From assembly GCF_003334305.1 (NCBI RefSeq), contig NZ_QOWS01000002.1: 64,000 nucleotides of DNA. The stretch is one strand, 5' to 3'. The notes below the pieces were generated by a model. That model was given only the letters and a program-made list of their open reading frames with translations. It did not search any database and was not told the origin of the DNA. This document shows, one piece after another, positions 36,530-51,002 of this stretch. The first letter of the stretch is position 1. Each line of letters begins with the position of its first letter. The stretch is from Escherichia coli (lineage in GTDB: Bacteria; Pseudomonadota; Gammaproteobacteria; Enterobacterales; Enterobacteriaceae). Made by a program: the position numbers and the translations under genes.

Positions 36530-37264
36530 ATGAATTTTGAAGGAAAAATCGCACTGGTAACCGGTGCAAGCCGCGGAATTGGCCGCGCAATTGCTGAAAC
36601 GCTCGCAGCCCGTGGCGCGAAAGTTATTGGCACTGCGACCAGTGAAAATGGCGCTCAGGCGATCAGTGATTATTTAGGTGCTAACGGCAAAGGTCTGATG
36701 TTGAATGTGACCGACCCGGCATCTATCGAATCTGTTCTGGAAAAAATTCGCGCAGAATTTGGTGAAGTGGATATCCTGGTCAATAATGCCGGTATCACTC
36801 GTGATAACCTGTTAATGCGAATGAAAGATGAAGAGTGGAACGATATTATCGAAACCAACCTTTCATCTGTTTTCCGTCTGTCAAAAGCGGTAATGCGCGC
36901 TATGATGAAAAAGCGTCATGGTCGTATTATCACTATCGGTTCTGTGGTTGGTACCATGGGAAATGGCGGTCAGGCCAACTACGCTGCGGCGAAAGCGGGC
37001 TTGATCGGCTTCAGTAAATCACTGGCGCGCGAAGTTGCGTCACGCGGTATTACTGTAAACGTTGTTGCTCCGGGCTTTATTGAAACGGACATGACACGTG
37101 CGCTGAGCGATGACCAGCGTGCGGGTATCCTGGCGCAGGTTCCTGCGGGTCGCCTCGGCGGCGCACAGGAAATCGCCAACGCGGTTGCATTCCTGGCATC
37201 CGACGAAGCAGCTTACATCACGGGTGAAACTTTGCATGTGAACGGCGGGATGTACATGGTCTGA
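36530..37264 (+). CDS. fabG: 3-oxoacyl-ACP reductase
   Basis: 244 aa; SDR motifs TGASRGIGRAIA and YAAAKAG. Confidence 0.97.
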   Translation: MNFEGKIALVTGASRGIGRAIAETLAARGAKVIGTATSENGAQAISDYLGANGKGLMLNVTDPASIESVLEKIRAEFGEVDILVNNAGITRDNLLMRMKDEEWNDIIETNLSSVFRLSKAVMRAMMKKRHGRIITIGSVVGTMGNGGQANYAAAKAGLIGFSKSLAREVASRGITVNVVAPGFIETDMTRALSDDQRAGILAQVPAGRLGGAQEIANAVAFLASDEAAYITGETLHVNGGMYMV

Positions 37265-37474
37265 CCGCGATTTGCACAAAATGCTCATGTTGCGCGCAGT
37301 CTGCGTGGTTATGAGTAATAATTAGTGCAAAATGATTTGCGTTATTGGGGGGTAAGGCCTCAAAATAACGTAAAATCGTGGTAAGACCTGCCGGGATTTA
37401 GTTGCAAATTTTTCAACATTTTATACACTACGAAAACCATCGCGAAAGCGAGTTTTGATAGGAAATTTAAGAGT

Positions 37475-37711
37475 ATGAGCACTATCGAAGAACGCGTTAA
37501 GAAAATTATCGGCGAACAGCTGGGCGTTAAGCAGGAAGAAGTTACCAACAATGCTTCTTTCGTTGAAGACCTGGGCGCGGATTCTCTTGACACCGTTGAG
37601 CTGGTAATGGCTCTGGAAGAAGAGTTTGATACTGAGATTCCGGACGAAGAAGCTGAGAAAATCACCACCGTTCAGGCTGCCATTGATTACATCAACGGCC
37701 ACCAGGCGTAA
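37475..37711 (+). CDS. acpP: Acyl carrier protein
   Basis: 78 aa; [18 protein letters not shown]...[19 protein letters not shown] with the phosphopantetheine-attachment DSL motif. Confidence 0.98.
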
Positions 37712-37722
37712 GTGAACATCTC

Positions 37723-37758
37723 CAGGCGGTCGTTCGACCGCCTGAGTTTTATCTTTTT
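37723..37758 (+). terminator. Hairpin and U-rich tract downstream of acpP (partial terminator/attenuator before fabF)
   Basis: CAGGCGGTCG-ttc-GACCGCCTG stem followed by AGTTTTATCTTTTT. Confidence 0.5.
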
Positions 37759-37768
37759 GTCCCACTAG

Positions 37769-39040
<1,272 letters not shown>

Positions 39041-39062
39041 GTTGTCATTTTCCACCCTTATA

Positions 39063-39088
39063 AAAGGTCCGCTTGCGGGCCTTTTTTC
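39063..39088 (+). terminator. fabF rho-independent terminator
   Basis: AAAGGTCCGC-tt-GCGGGCCTTTTTT hairpin plus T-run. Confidence 0.6.
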
Positions 39089-39159
39089 TTAGCTTTTATT
39101 CCGACTTGTTCCGTAGTGAACATGCTGCCACACTAACAATTCTCTGATAAGGAGCCGGT

Positions 39160-39969
39160 ATGTTCTTAATTAACGGTTATAAGCAGGAATCGCTGGCAGT
39201 AAGCGATCGGGCAACGCAGTTTGGTGATGGTTGTTTTACCACCGCCAGAGTTATCGACGGTAAAGTCAGTTTGTTATCGGCGCATATCCAGCGACTACAG
39301 GATGCTTGTCAGCGGTTGATGATTTCCTGTGACTTCTGGCCACAGCTTGAACAAGAGATGAAAACGCTGGCAGCAGAACAGCAAAATGGTGTACTGAAAG
39401 TCGTGATCAGTCGCGGTAGTGGCGGGCGAGGGTACAGCACATTGAACAGTGGACCGGCAACGCGGATTCTCTCCGTTACGGCTTATCCTGCACATTACGA
39501 CCGTTTGCGTAACGAGGGGATGACGTTGGCGCTAAGCCCGGTGCGGCTGGGGCGCAATCCTCATCTTGCAGGTATTAAACATCTCAATCGTCTTGAGCAA
39601 GTATTGATTCGCTCTCATCTTGAGCAGACAAACGCTGATGAGGCGCTGGTCCTTGACAGCGAAGGGTGGGTTACGGAATGCTGTGCGGCTAATTTGTTCT
39701 GGCGGAAGGGCAACGTAGTTTATACGCCGCGACTGGATCAGGCAGGTGTTAACGGCATTATGCGACAATTCTGTATCCGTTTGCTGGCACAATCCTCTTA
39801 TCAGCTTGTCGAAGTGCAAGCTTCTCTGGAAGAGGCGTTGCAGGCAGATGAGATGGTTATTTGTAATGCGTTAATGCCAGTGATGCCCGTACGTGCCTGT
39901 GGCGATGTCTCCTTTTCGTCAGCAACGTTATATGAATATTTAGCCCCACTTTGTGAGCGCCCGAATTAG
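39160..39969 (+). CDS. pabC: Aminodeoxychorismate lyase
   Basis: 269 aa; [28 protein letters not shown], class IV PLP enzyme. Confidence 0.94.
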   Translation: MFLINGYKQESLAVSDRATQFGDGCFTTARVIDGKVSLLSAHIQRLQDACQRLMISCDFWPQLEQEMKTLAAEQQNGVLKVVISRGSGGRGYSTLNSGPATRILSVTAYPAHYDRLRNEGMTLALSPVRLGRNPHLAGIKHLNRLEQVLIRSHLEQTNADEALVLDSEGWVTECCAANLFWRKGNVVYTPRLDQAGVNGIMRQFCIRLLAQSSYQLVEVQASLEEALQADEMVICNALMPVMPVRACGDVSFSSATLYEYLAPLCERPN

Positions 39970-39971
39970 TC

Positions 39972-40994
39972 ATGAAAAAAGTGTTATTGATTATCTTGTT
40001 ATTGCTGGTGGTACTGGGTATCGCCGCTGGTGTGGGCGTCTGGAAGGTTCGCCATCTTGCCGACAGCAAATTGCTTATCAAAGAAGAGACGATATTTACC
40101 CTGAAGCCAGGGACCGGACGTCTGGCGCTCGGTGAACAGCTTTATGCCGATAAGATCATCAATCGTCCACGGGTTTTTCAATGGCTGCTGCGTATCGAAC
40201 CGGATCTTTCTCACTTTAAAGCCGGGACTTACCGCTTTACACCGCAGATGACCGTGCGCGAGATGCTGAAGTTGCTGGAAAGCGGTAAAGAAGCACAGTT
40301 CCCTCTGCGACTGGTAGAAGGGATGCGTCTGAGCGATTACCTCAAGCAATTGCGTGAGGCCCCGTATATCAAGCATACGCTGAGCGACGATAAGTACGCC
40401 ACCGTAGCGCAGGCACTTGAACTGGAAAACCCGGAGTGGATTGAAGGTTGGTTCTGGCCAGACACCTGGATGTATACCGCCAATACCACCGATGTCGCGT
40501 TACTCAAGCGAGCGCACAAGAAAATGGTGAAAGCGGTCGATAGCGCCTGGGAAGGGCGTGCGGACGGTCTGCCTTATAAAGATAAAAATCAGCTGGTGAC
40601 GATGGCATCAATTATCGAAAAAGAAACCGCCGTTGCCAGTGAACGCGATCAGGTTGCCTCGGTATTTATCAACCGTTTACGCATTGGTATGCGCCTGCAG
40701 ACCGACCCAACCGTGATTTACGGGATGGGAGAGCGTTATAATGGCAAACTTTCTCGTGCAGACCTGGAAACGCCGACAGCGTATAACACCTATACCATTA
40801 CCGGTTTGCCGCCGGGTGCGATAGCTACGCCGGGGGCGGATTCGCTGAAGGCTGCTGCGCATCCGGCAAAAACGCCGTATCTCTATTTTGTGGCCGATGG
40901 TAAAGGTGGTCACACGTTTAATACCAATCTTGCCAGCCATAACAAGTCTGTGCAGGATTATCTGAAAGTGCTTAAGGAAAAAAATGCGCAGTAA
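39972..40994 (+). CDS. mltG: Endolytic murein transglycosylase MltG (YceG)
   Basis: 340 aa; N-terminal TM helix; starts 2 nt after the pabC stop. Confidence 0.93.
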
Positions 40995-41625
40995 GTATAT
41001 CGTCATTGAGGGGCTGGAAGGCGCAGGCAAAACTACCGCGCGTAATGTGGTGGTTGAGACGCTTGAGCAACTGGGTATCCGCGACATGGTTTTCACTCGG
41101 GAACCTGGCGGTACGCAACTTGCCGAAAAGTTAAGAAGCCTGGTGCTGGATATCAAATCGGTAGGCGATGAAGTCATTACCGATAAAGCCGAAGTTCTGA
41201 TGTTTTATGCCGCGCGCGTTCAACTGGTAGAAACGGTCATCAAACCAGCTCTGGCTAACGGCACCTGGGTGATTGGCGATCGCCACGATCTCTCCACTCA
41301 GGCGTATCAGGGCGGAGGACGTGGTATTGACCAACATATGCTGGCAACACTGCGTGATGCTGTTCTCGGGGATTTTCGCCCCGACTTAACGCTCTATCTC
41401 GATGTTACCCCGGAAGTTGGCTTAAAACGCGCGCGTGCGCGCGGCGAGCTGGATCGTATTGAGCAAGAGTCTTTCGATTTCTTTAATCGCACCCGCGCCC
41501 GCTATCTGGAACTGGCTGCACAAGATAAAAGTATTCATACCATTGATGCCACCCAGCCGCTGGAGGCCGTGATGGATGCAATCCGCACTACCGTGACCCA
41601 CTGGGTTAAGGAGTTGGACGCATGA
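40984..41625 (+). CDS. tmk: Thymidylate kinase
   Basis: 213 aa; [24 protein letters not shown]-loop; overlaps the mltG 3' end by 11 nt. Confidence 0.96.
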
Positions 41626-42626
41626 GATGGTATCCATGGTTACGACCTGATTTCGAAAAACTGGTAGCCAGCTATCAGGCCGGAAGAGGTCACCATGCGC
41701 TACTCATTCAGGCGTTACCGGGCATGGGCGATGATGCTTTAATCTACGCCCTGAGCCGTTATTTACTCTGCCAACAACCGCAGGGCCACAAAAGTTGCGG
41801 TCACTGTCGTGGATGTCAGTTGATGCAGGCTGGCACGCATCCCGATTACTACACCCTGGCTCCCGAAAAAGGGAAAAATATGCTGGGCATTGATGCGGTA
41901 CGTGAGGTCACCGAAAAGCTGAATGAGCACGCACGCCTAGGTGGTGCGAAAGTTGTCTGGGTAACCGATGCTGCCTTACTAACCGACGCCGCGGCTAACG
42001 CATTGCTGAAAACGCTTGAAGAGCCACCAGCAGAAACCTGGTTTTTCCTGGCTACCCGCGAGCCTGAACGTTTACTGGCAACATTACGTAGTCGTTGTCG
42101 GTTACATTACCTTGCGCCGCCGCCGGAACAGTACGCCGTGACCTGGCTTTCACGCGAAGTGACAATGTCACAGGATGCATTACTTGCCGCATTGCGCTTA
42201 AGCGCCGGTTCGCCTGGCGCGGCACTGGCGTTGTTTCAGGGAGATAACTGGCAGGCTCGTGAAACATTGTGTCAGGCGTTGGCATATAGCGTGCCATCGG
42301 GCGACTGGTATTCGCTGCTAGCGGCCCTTAATCATGAACAAGCTCCGGCGCGTTTACACTGGCTGGCAACGTTGCTGATGGATGCGCTAAAACGCCATCA
42401 TGGTGCTGCGCAGGTGACCAATGTTGATGTGCCGGGCCTGGTCGCCGAACTGGCAAACCATCTTTCTCCCTCGCGCCTGCAGGCTATACTGGGGGATGTT
42501 TGCCACATTCGTGAACAGTTAATGTCTGTTACAGGCATCAACCGCGAGCTTCTCATCACCGATCTTTTACTGCGTATTGAGCATTACCTGCAACCGGGCG
42601 TTGTGCTACCGGTTCCTCATCTTTAA
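41622..42626 (+). CDS. holB: DNA polymerase III delta-prime subunit
   Basis: 334 aa; [28 protein letters not shown]; ATGA overlap with the tmk stop. Confidence 0.95.
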
Positions 42627-42636
42627 GAGAGACATC

Positions 42637-43434
42637 ATGTTTTTAGTCGACTCACACTGCCATCTCGATGGTCTGGATTATGAATCTTTGCATAAGGACG
42701 TGGATGACGTTCTGGCGAAAGCCGCCGCACGCGATGTGAAATTTTGTCTGGCAGTCGCCACAACGTTACCGGGTTATTTACACATGCGGGATCTGGTAGG
42801 CGAACGTGACAACGTCGTATTTTCTTGTGGCGTGCATCCACTCAACCAGAATGATCCCTACGATGTAGAAGATTTACGCCGTCTGGCGGCAGAAGAGGGT
42901 GTGGTTGCGCTGGGTGAAACTGGGCTGGATTATTATTACACGCCGGAAACTAAAGTACGTCAGCAAGAGTCCTTCATCCATCATATCCAGATTGGTCGTG
43001 AACTGAACAAGCCGGTTATCGTCCATACCCGTGACGCCCGCGCCGATACGCTGGCAATTCTGCGCGAAGAAAAAGTGACGGATTGCGGTGGCGTACTACA
43101 CTGTTTTACAGAGGACAGAGAAACGGCGGGTAAATTACTGGATCTCGGATTTTACATCTCCTTTTCCGGCATTGTGACCTTCCGTAATGCGGAGCAACTG
43201 CGCGATGCTGCGCGTTATGTCCCCCTGGATCGATTACTGGTGGAAACTGACTCACCTTACCTTGCGCCGGTACCGCATCGAGGAAAAGAGAATCAACCTG
43301 CGATGGTTCGTGACGTTGCAGAATACATGGCTGTGTTGAAAGGTGTTGCCGTTGAAGAACTGGCGCAGGTAACCACCGATAACTTCGCCCGTCTGTTTCA
43401 CATCGACGCTTCCCGCCTTCAATCCATCCGTTGA
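42637..43434 (+). CDS. ycfH: TatD-family metal-dependent nuclease YcfH
   Basis: ORF trimmed to [18 protein letters not shown]... (265 aa), TatD HxH motif. Confidence 0.92.
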
Positions 43435-43608
43435 ATGAGTTTTTTTAAAGCTCGTAATTAATGGCTAAAACGAGTAAAGTTCACCGCCGAAAATTGGGCG
43501 GTGAATAACCGCGTTTGAAATATTGTGACATATGTTTTGTCAAAATGTGCAACTTCTCCAATGATCTGAAGTTGAAACGTGATAGCCGTCAAACAAATTG
43601 GCACTGAA

Positions 43609-43634
43609 TTATTTTACTCTGTGTAATAAATAAA
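43609..43634 (+). promoter_or_regulatory. Putative Mlc operator in the ptsG promoter
   Basis: AT-rich dyad TTATTTTACTCTGTGTAATAAATAAA upstream of ptsG; assignment from memory of ptsG regulation, exact site not verified. Confidence 0.35.
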
Positions 43635-43689
43635 GGGCGCTTAGATGCCCTGTACACGGCGAGGCTCTCCCCCCTTGCCACGCGTGAGA

Positions 43690-43731
43690 ACGTAAAAAAA
43701 GCACCCATACTCAGGAGCACTCTCAATTATG
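43690..43731 (+). promoter_or_regulatory. ptsG 5' UTR / ribosome-binding region, the known SgrS base-pairing target
   Basis: AAAGCACCCATACTCAGGAGCACTCTCAATTATG immediately 5' of and including the ptsG start codon. Confidence 0.5.
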
Positions 43732-45162
43732 TTTAAGAATGCATTTGCTAACCTGCAAAAGGTCGGTAAATCGCTGATGCTGCCGGTATCCGTACTGCCT
43801 ATCGCAGGTATTCTGCTGGGCGTCGGTTCCGCGAATTTCAGCTGGCTGCCCGCCGTTGTATCGCATGTTATGGCAGAAGCAGGCGGTTCCGTCTTTGCAA
43901 ACATGCCACTGATTTTTGCGATCGGTGTCGCCCTCGGCTTTACCAATAACGATGGCGTATCCGCGCTGGCCGCAGTTGTTGCCTATGGCATCATGGTTAA
44001 AACCATGGCCGTGGTTGCGCCACTGGTACTGCATTTACCTGCTGAAGAAATCGCCTCTAAACACCTGGCGGATACTGGCGTACTCGGAGGGATTATCTCC
44101 GGTGCGATCGCAGCGTACATGTTTAACCGTTTCTACCGTATTAAGCTGCCTGAGTATCTTGGCTTCTTTGCCGGTAAACGCTTTGTGCCGATCATTTCTG
44201 GCCTGGCTGCCATCTTTACTGGCGTTGTGCTGTCCTTCATTTGGCCGCCGATTGGTTCTGCAATCCAGACCTTCTCTCAGTGGGCTGCTTACCAGAACCC
44301 GGTAGTTGCGTTTGGCATTTACGGTTTCATCGAACGTTGCCTGGTACCGTTTGGTCTGCACCACATCTGGAACGTACCTTTCCAGATGCAGATTGGTGAA
44401 TACACCAACGCAGCAGGTCAGGTTTTCCACGGCGACATTCCGCGTTATATGGCGGGTGACCCGACTGCGGGTAAACTGTCTGGTGGCTTCCTGTTCAAAA
44501 TGTACGGTCTGCCAGCTGCCGCAATTGCTATCTGGCACTCTGCTAAACCAGAAAACCGCGCGAAAGTGGGCGGTATTATGATTTCCGCGGCGCTGACCTC
44601 GTTCCTGACCGGTATCACCGAGCCGATCGAGTTCTCCTTCATGTTCGTTGCGCCGATCCTGTACATCATCCACGCGATTCTGGCAGGCCTGGCATTCCCA
44701 ATCTGTATTCTTCTGGGGATGCGTGACGGTACGTCGTTCTCGCACGGTCTGATCGACTTCATCGTTCTGTCTGGTAACAGCAGCAAACTGTGGCTGTTCC
44801 CGATCGTCGGTATCGGTTATGCGATTGTTTACTACACCATCTTCCGCGTGCTGATTAAAGCACTGGATCTGAAAACGCCGGGTCGTGAAGACGCGACTGA
44901 AGATGCAAAAGCGACAGGTACCAGCGAAATGGCACCGGCTCTGGTTGCTGCATTTGGTGGTAAAGAAAACATTACTAACCTCGACGCATGTATTACCCGT
45001 CTGCGCGTCAGCGTTGCTGATGTGTCTAAAGTGGATCAGGCCGGCCTGAAGAAACTGGGCGCAGCGGGCGTAGTGGTTGCTGGTTCTGGTGTTCAGGCGA
45101 TTTTCGGTACTAAATCCGATAACCTGAAAACCGAGATGGATGAGTACATCCGTAACCACTAA
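43729..45162 (+). CDS. ptsG: PTS glucose-specific EIICB component
   Basis: 477 aa; [33 protein letters not shown]; C-terminal EIIB domain with ITRLRV. Confidence 0.97.
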
Positions 45163-45186
45163 TCCGTAAGACGTTGGGGAGACTAA

Positions 45187-45210
45187 GGCAGCCAGATGGC
45201 TGCCTTTTTT
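45187..45210 (+). terminator. ptsG rho-independent terminator
   Basis: GGCAGCCAGATGGCTGCC hairpin followed by TTTTTT. Confidence 0.65.
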
Positions 45211-45221
45211 ACAGGTGTTAT

Positions 45222-47411
45222 TCAGAATTGATACGTGCTGGTAATGCTGAAATTACGCGGTGTGCCGTAGACGATAGAACCTTCCACGTTGGTATCGTAG
45301 GTTTTGTCGAACAGGTTATTGACGTTCCCCTGTAACGAGAAGTTTTTCGTCACCTGGTAGCGGGTGAAGAGATCCACCAGCGCGTAGCTACCTTGCTCGG
45401 CGCGGAAGGTGCCATACGGTGTCACGGTGTCGGTATACACGCGATTTTGCCAGTTAACACCACCGCCGACTGTCAACTCTGGCATGACAGGCAACCGATA
45501 GCTGGTGAACATTTTAACCGTGGTGCGTGGCAGATTAGGATTAACGGCGTTTCCTTCGTTATCCTCTGCAATATAGCGCGTTGCGCCAAATGTCAGCTGC
45601 CAGTTGTCGGTAATTGCGCCGTTGAGTTCAAATTCCACCCCTTTACTGACTGTCCCATCCACCGCTTTATAGGCGGTTTCGCCGTTGCTGCCGGGGATAG
45701 GTGTACCGGTGGACTGAGCGACATTATCCTGCTCAATACGGAAGATGGCTAATGTGGTGGTCAGACGGCTATTCATCCAGTCCGATTTCAGACCCAGCTC
45801 GTAGTTGTTACCGGTGATTGGAGCCAGATATTTGCCTGAACTGTCACGATCATTTTGCGGCTGGAAAATAGAGGTATAGCTGGCGTAGGTCGACCAGTTG
45901 TCATTGATGTCAAACACCAGACCAGCGTAAGGCGTGGTGTGGTTTTTCTCCATGCTGTAAGTCAGCGTATCAACCCGCCAGTTGGTATAACGTGCGCCGA
46001 GGATCAGATGCAGCGGATCGGCAAGGGTGACACGAGTGGCAGCATATAACGATTTCATATGTGTGGTATCGTCCTGCGCCAGGCTCTGTGGTGACCAGTC
46101 GGTTTGTGGGAAATTGCCATTAAAGTTGTAGAAACTGCCAATTTCATCCGGGAAGATGTTGGCCCATGAACTGAAGTAACGATTGTTTTGTTTGCTGTAA
46201 CTGCCACCAAACATTAGATTGTGCTGACGACCAAACAATTCATAACTACCGTCAGCGAACAAATCCAGCGCATCAACTTTACGTTTGCCACTGTTCCAAC
46301 CGGTGCCGCCGACATAATCAAAGCCAGGTCCATAATTACTGTATGGCCCAACCAGCATACCATCCGCTTTGTTTACATAGGCATCGACATACATCATTTT
46401 GCTGTCAAATTCGACTTCAGAGTGGGTGGCATTCAGCGTCGCTTGCCAGGTATCAGCAAACCGCTGCTTCAGGGTCATAAAGACCTTGTTGATCTCTTTA
46501 TCGTTGTACGCCCAGTCAGGTGCGGTACTGCGTGCACGATCGTAACTGTTGCTGCTGCCATCAGTATTCCAGCGCGGTAAACCGCCCCAGGTAGGGCTAT
46601 TAACATCAATGCGCTGATATTCGTAACCGGCTGAAAGCGTCGTAAGATCGCCTAAATCAGCATCGACAATGCCGGAGAAGAAGGTCTTTTCACTGTTGTA
46701 GCGGTCCAGCCATGAGTCGTTATTCTGGTAGCCGCCGACAATTCGCGCGCGGATTTTACCGTCTTCGGTGAGTGGGCTTTGTAAATCCGCCACATACCGT
46801 TCTTTGTTCCAGCTACCGTATTCCGCCGAGACATCGCCTTTAAATTCACGACTGGTCGCGTGTTTTCGAACCATATTAATTGCCGCAGATGGATTACCCG
46901 TCCCGGTCATGAGTCCTGTCGCGCCACGCACTACTTCTACGCGTTCAAAGAGTGCCATATCAGAAAGTGCGTCGCCCAGATTCCAGCGCGATTCAAAATA
47001 GGTGGGGATACCATCAACCATATAGTTATCGATCTGGAATCCGCGGGAATAATAAAGAGCACGATCGGAATCCGCCTGACTTTTGCTGATCCCCAGCGTG
47101 TTTTCCATCACTTCGCCCAGCGTTTGTAACTGCTGATCTTCCATCCGCTGCTGGCTAACAATAGTGACCGACTGAGGAATATCACGTTGAGTCATCTGCA
47201 TTTTGGTACCCGCAGAGGTAGACGTTACGCTGTAATCATTTTCGCCATCATCTGGAGCTGTGGCTGAACCCTCAACAATCACCGTTTCTTCAGTGGCTGG
47301 TGCAGCAAAAGCGGCAGAAGGTAATAGTGCCAGTGCTATGCAACCGGCAAGTAGTGATGGTTTGGTGCTGGCTTGATATTGATTATCCCTGTTAAATTGT
47401 GTTGAAAGCAT
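45222..47411 (-). CDS. fhuE: TonB-dependent ferric coprogen/rhodotorulic acid receptor
   Basis: 729 aa; signal peptide, TonB-box region and C-terminal aromatic residue (...TSTYQF). Confidence 0.95.
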   Translation of the reverse strand: MLSTQFNRDNQYQASTKPSLLAGCIALALLPSAAFAAPATEETVIVEGSATAPDDGENDYSVTSTSAGTKMQMTQRDIPQSVTIVSQQRMEDQQLQTLGEVMENTLGISKSQADSDRALYYSRGFQIDNYMVDGIPTYFESRWNLGDALSDMALFERVEVVRGATGLMTGTGNPSAAINMVRKHATSREFKGDVSAEYGSWNKERYVADLQSPLTEDGKIRARIVGGYQNNDSWLDRYNSEKTFFSGIVDADLGDLTTLSAGYEYQRIDVNSPTWGGLPRWNTDGSSNSYDRARSTAPDWAYNDKEINKVFMTLKQRFADTWQATLNATHSEVEFDSKMMYVDAYVNKADGMLVGPYSNYGPGFDYVGGTGWNSGKRKVDALDLFADGSYELFGRQHNLMFGGSYSKQNNRYFSSWANIFPDEIGSFYNFNGNFPQTDWSPQSLAQDDTTHMKSLYAATRVTLADPLHLILGARYTNWRVDTLTYSMEKNHTTPYAGLVFDINDNWSTYASYTSIFQPQNDRDSSGKYLAPITGNNYELGLKSDWMNSRLTTTLAIFRIEQDNVAQSTGTPIPGSNGETAYKAVDGTVSKGVEFELNGAITDNWQLTFGATRYIAEDNEGNAVNPNLPRTTVKMFTSYRLPVMPELTVGGGVNWQNRVYTDTVTPYGTFRAEQGSYALVDLFTRYQVTKNFSLQGNVNNLFDKTYDTNVEGSIVYGTPRNFSITSTYQF

Positions 47412-47489
47412 TTGAAATCTCTTGGTTTATGTTGTCGTCAGGCTCATGCCGGAGGAGGGTGATGAGCGGTTATATTTAGTGTGCGAATA

Positions 47490-47530
47490 ATTTTGTGTGT
47501 AAATGCAAATGAGAAATATACGCATTCATA
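47490..47530 (-). promoter_or_regulatory. Putative Fur box region upstream of fhuE
   Basis: AT-rich imperfect dyad (AAATGCAAATGAGAAATATACGCATTCATATTT) in the fhuE upstream region; loose match to GATAAT-type hexamer repeats. Confidence 0.3.
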
Positions 47531-47744
47531 TTTGACGTGTAAACCAAACAGAGAATGTCTTTTCAGCGCATTCGCAGGCAGAAATGGGAATAATGGCGAT
47601 ATATACGGCAGCAAAACGATTTTTTGCTTAAGAAATCGTGAGTTAAGGTTGAAAGAGCAGGTTTAACTCGACCATACTCTATACTCGCAGTGTGGCGCGG
47701 CGTAGCATGGCGCAACGCATGGCTATTTGAAAAAGGAAAATGTC

Positions 47745-48104
47745 GTGGCAGAAGAAACTATATTCAGCAAAATTATTCGTCGTGAGATCCCCTCCGATAT
47801 CGTCTACCAGGATGATCTGGTAACGGCGTTTCGCGATATTTCGCCGCAAGCGCCAACGCATATTCTGATCATTCCGAATATCCTCATTCCGACTGTGAAC
47901 GACGTCTCAGCTGAGCATGAGCAGGCGCTGGGACGCATGATCACCGTAGCGGCAAAAATTGCTGAGCAAGAAGGTATTGCCGAAGATGGCTATCGTCTGA
48001 TCATGAATACCAACCGCCATGGCGGACAAGAGGTTTACCACATCCATATGCACTTGTTGGGTGGCCGTCCGCTGGGACCAATGCTGGCACATAAAGGTCT
48101 GTAA
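47745..48104 (+). CDS. hinT: HIT-family purine nucleoside phosphoramidase HinT
   Basis: GTG start gives [24 protein letters not shown]... (119 aa) with the HIT motif HIHMHLLGG. Confidence 0.9.
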   Translation: MAEETIFSKIIRREIPSDIVYQDDLVTAFRDISPQAPTHILIIPNILIPTVNDVSAEHEQALGRMITVAAKIAEQEGIAEDGYRLIMNTNRHGGQEVYHIHMHLLGGRPLGPMLAHKGL

Positions 48105-48106
48105 CG

Positions 48107-48484
48107 ATGAGAAAAGGATGCTTTGGGCTGGTGTCTCTGGCGTTGTTACTGCTGGTGGGCTGTCGTTCACATCCGGAAATTCCGGTGAATGATGAGCAAT
48201 CGCTGGTGATGGAGTCATCTTTATTGGCTGCGGGCATCAGTGCAGAAAAGCCCGTCCTTTCGACGTCTGATATTCAACCTTCAGCATCCTCAACGCTTTA
48301 TAACGAAAGGCAAGAACCCGTTACCGTTCATTATCGTTTTTACTGGTATGACGCCAGAGGGCTGGAGATGCATCCTCTGGAAAGGCCACGCAGCGTTACC
48401 ATTCCCGCACATTCGGCGGTAACGCTGTACGGCAGCGCCAATTTTCTGGGGGCGCACAAAGTCAGACTTTATCTATATTTGTAA
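48107..48484 (+). CDS. ycfL: Lipoprotein YcfL
   Basis: 125 aa; MRKGCFGLVSLALLLLVGC lipobox; starts 2 nt after the hinT stop. Confidence 0.9.
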   Translation: MRKGCFGLVSLALLLLVGCRSHPEIPVNDEQSLVMESSLLAAGISAEKPVLSTSDIQPSASSTLYNERQEPVTVHYRFYWYDARGLEMHPLERPRSVTIPAHSAVTLYGSANFLGAHKVRLYLYL

Positions 48485-48497
48485 GGGGTGAATCTTG

Positions 48498-49119
48498 ATG
48501 ACAAAAATGAGTCGCTACGCCTTGATTACCGCGCTGGCGATGTTTCTCGCCGGGTGTGTGGGGCAACGTGAACCTGCACCGGTAGAAGAAGTGAAACCAG
48601 CGCCGGAACAACCAGCCGAGCCACAACAGCCTGTCCCCACAGTGCCCTCGGTGCCGACGATCCCGCAGCAGCCAGGCCCAATTGAGCACGAAGATCAAAC
48701 GGCACCGCCTGCGCCGCATATTCGCCATTATGACTGGAATGGCGCAATGCAGCCGATGGTCAGTAAGATGCTTGGGGCTGACGGGGTGACTGCGGGTAGC
48801 GTCCTGCTGGTTGATAGCGTTAACAACCGTACTAACGGTTCGCTGAATGCCGCAGAAGCGACCGAAACGCTGCGAAATGCGCTGGCTAATAACGGGAAAT
48901 TTACCCTGGTTTCCGCCCAGCAGCTGTCGATGGCTAAGCAACAGTTAGGTTTGTCGCCGCAGGACAGTTTAGGTACCCGTAGTAAAGCCATAGGCATTGC
49001 CCGCAATGTCGGCGCTCATTACGTGCTGTACTCCAGCGCCTCTGGCAACGTTAACGCTCCGACCCTACAAATGCAGCTGATGCTGGTGCAGACGGGCGAA
49101 ATTATCTGGTCAGGTAAAG

Positions 49120-49139
<20 letters not shown>
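48498..49139 (+). CDS. lpoB: Outer-membrane lipoprotein activator of PBP1B (LpoB)
   Basis: [20 protein letters not shown]... lipobox followed by a Pro-rich linker (213 aa). Confidence 0.92.
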
Positions 49140-50980
<1,841 letters not shown>

Positions 50981-51002
50981 CCCTGGCTTATGTGAGGAAG
51001 CG

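Noticed and set aside
40677-41177. 166-aa ORF on the - strand
   Set aside because: Antisense across the mltG/tmk junction; the sense genes are well supported
44035-45159. 374-aa ORF on the - strand
   Set aside because: Antisense to ptsG, whose + strand product is an unambiguous EIICB-Glc; the - strand protein has no recognisable features
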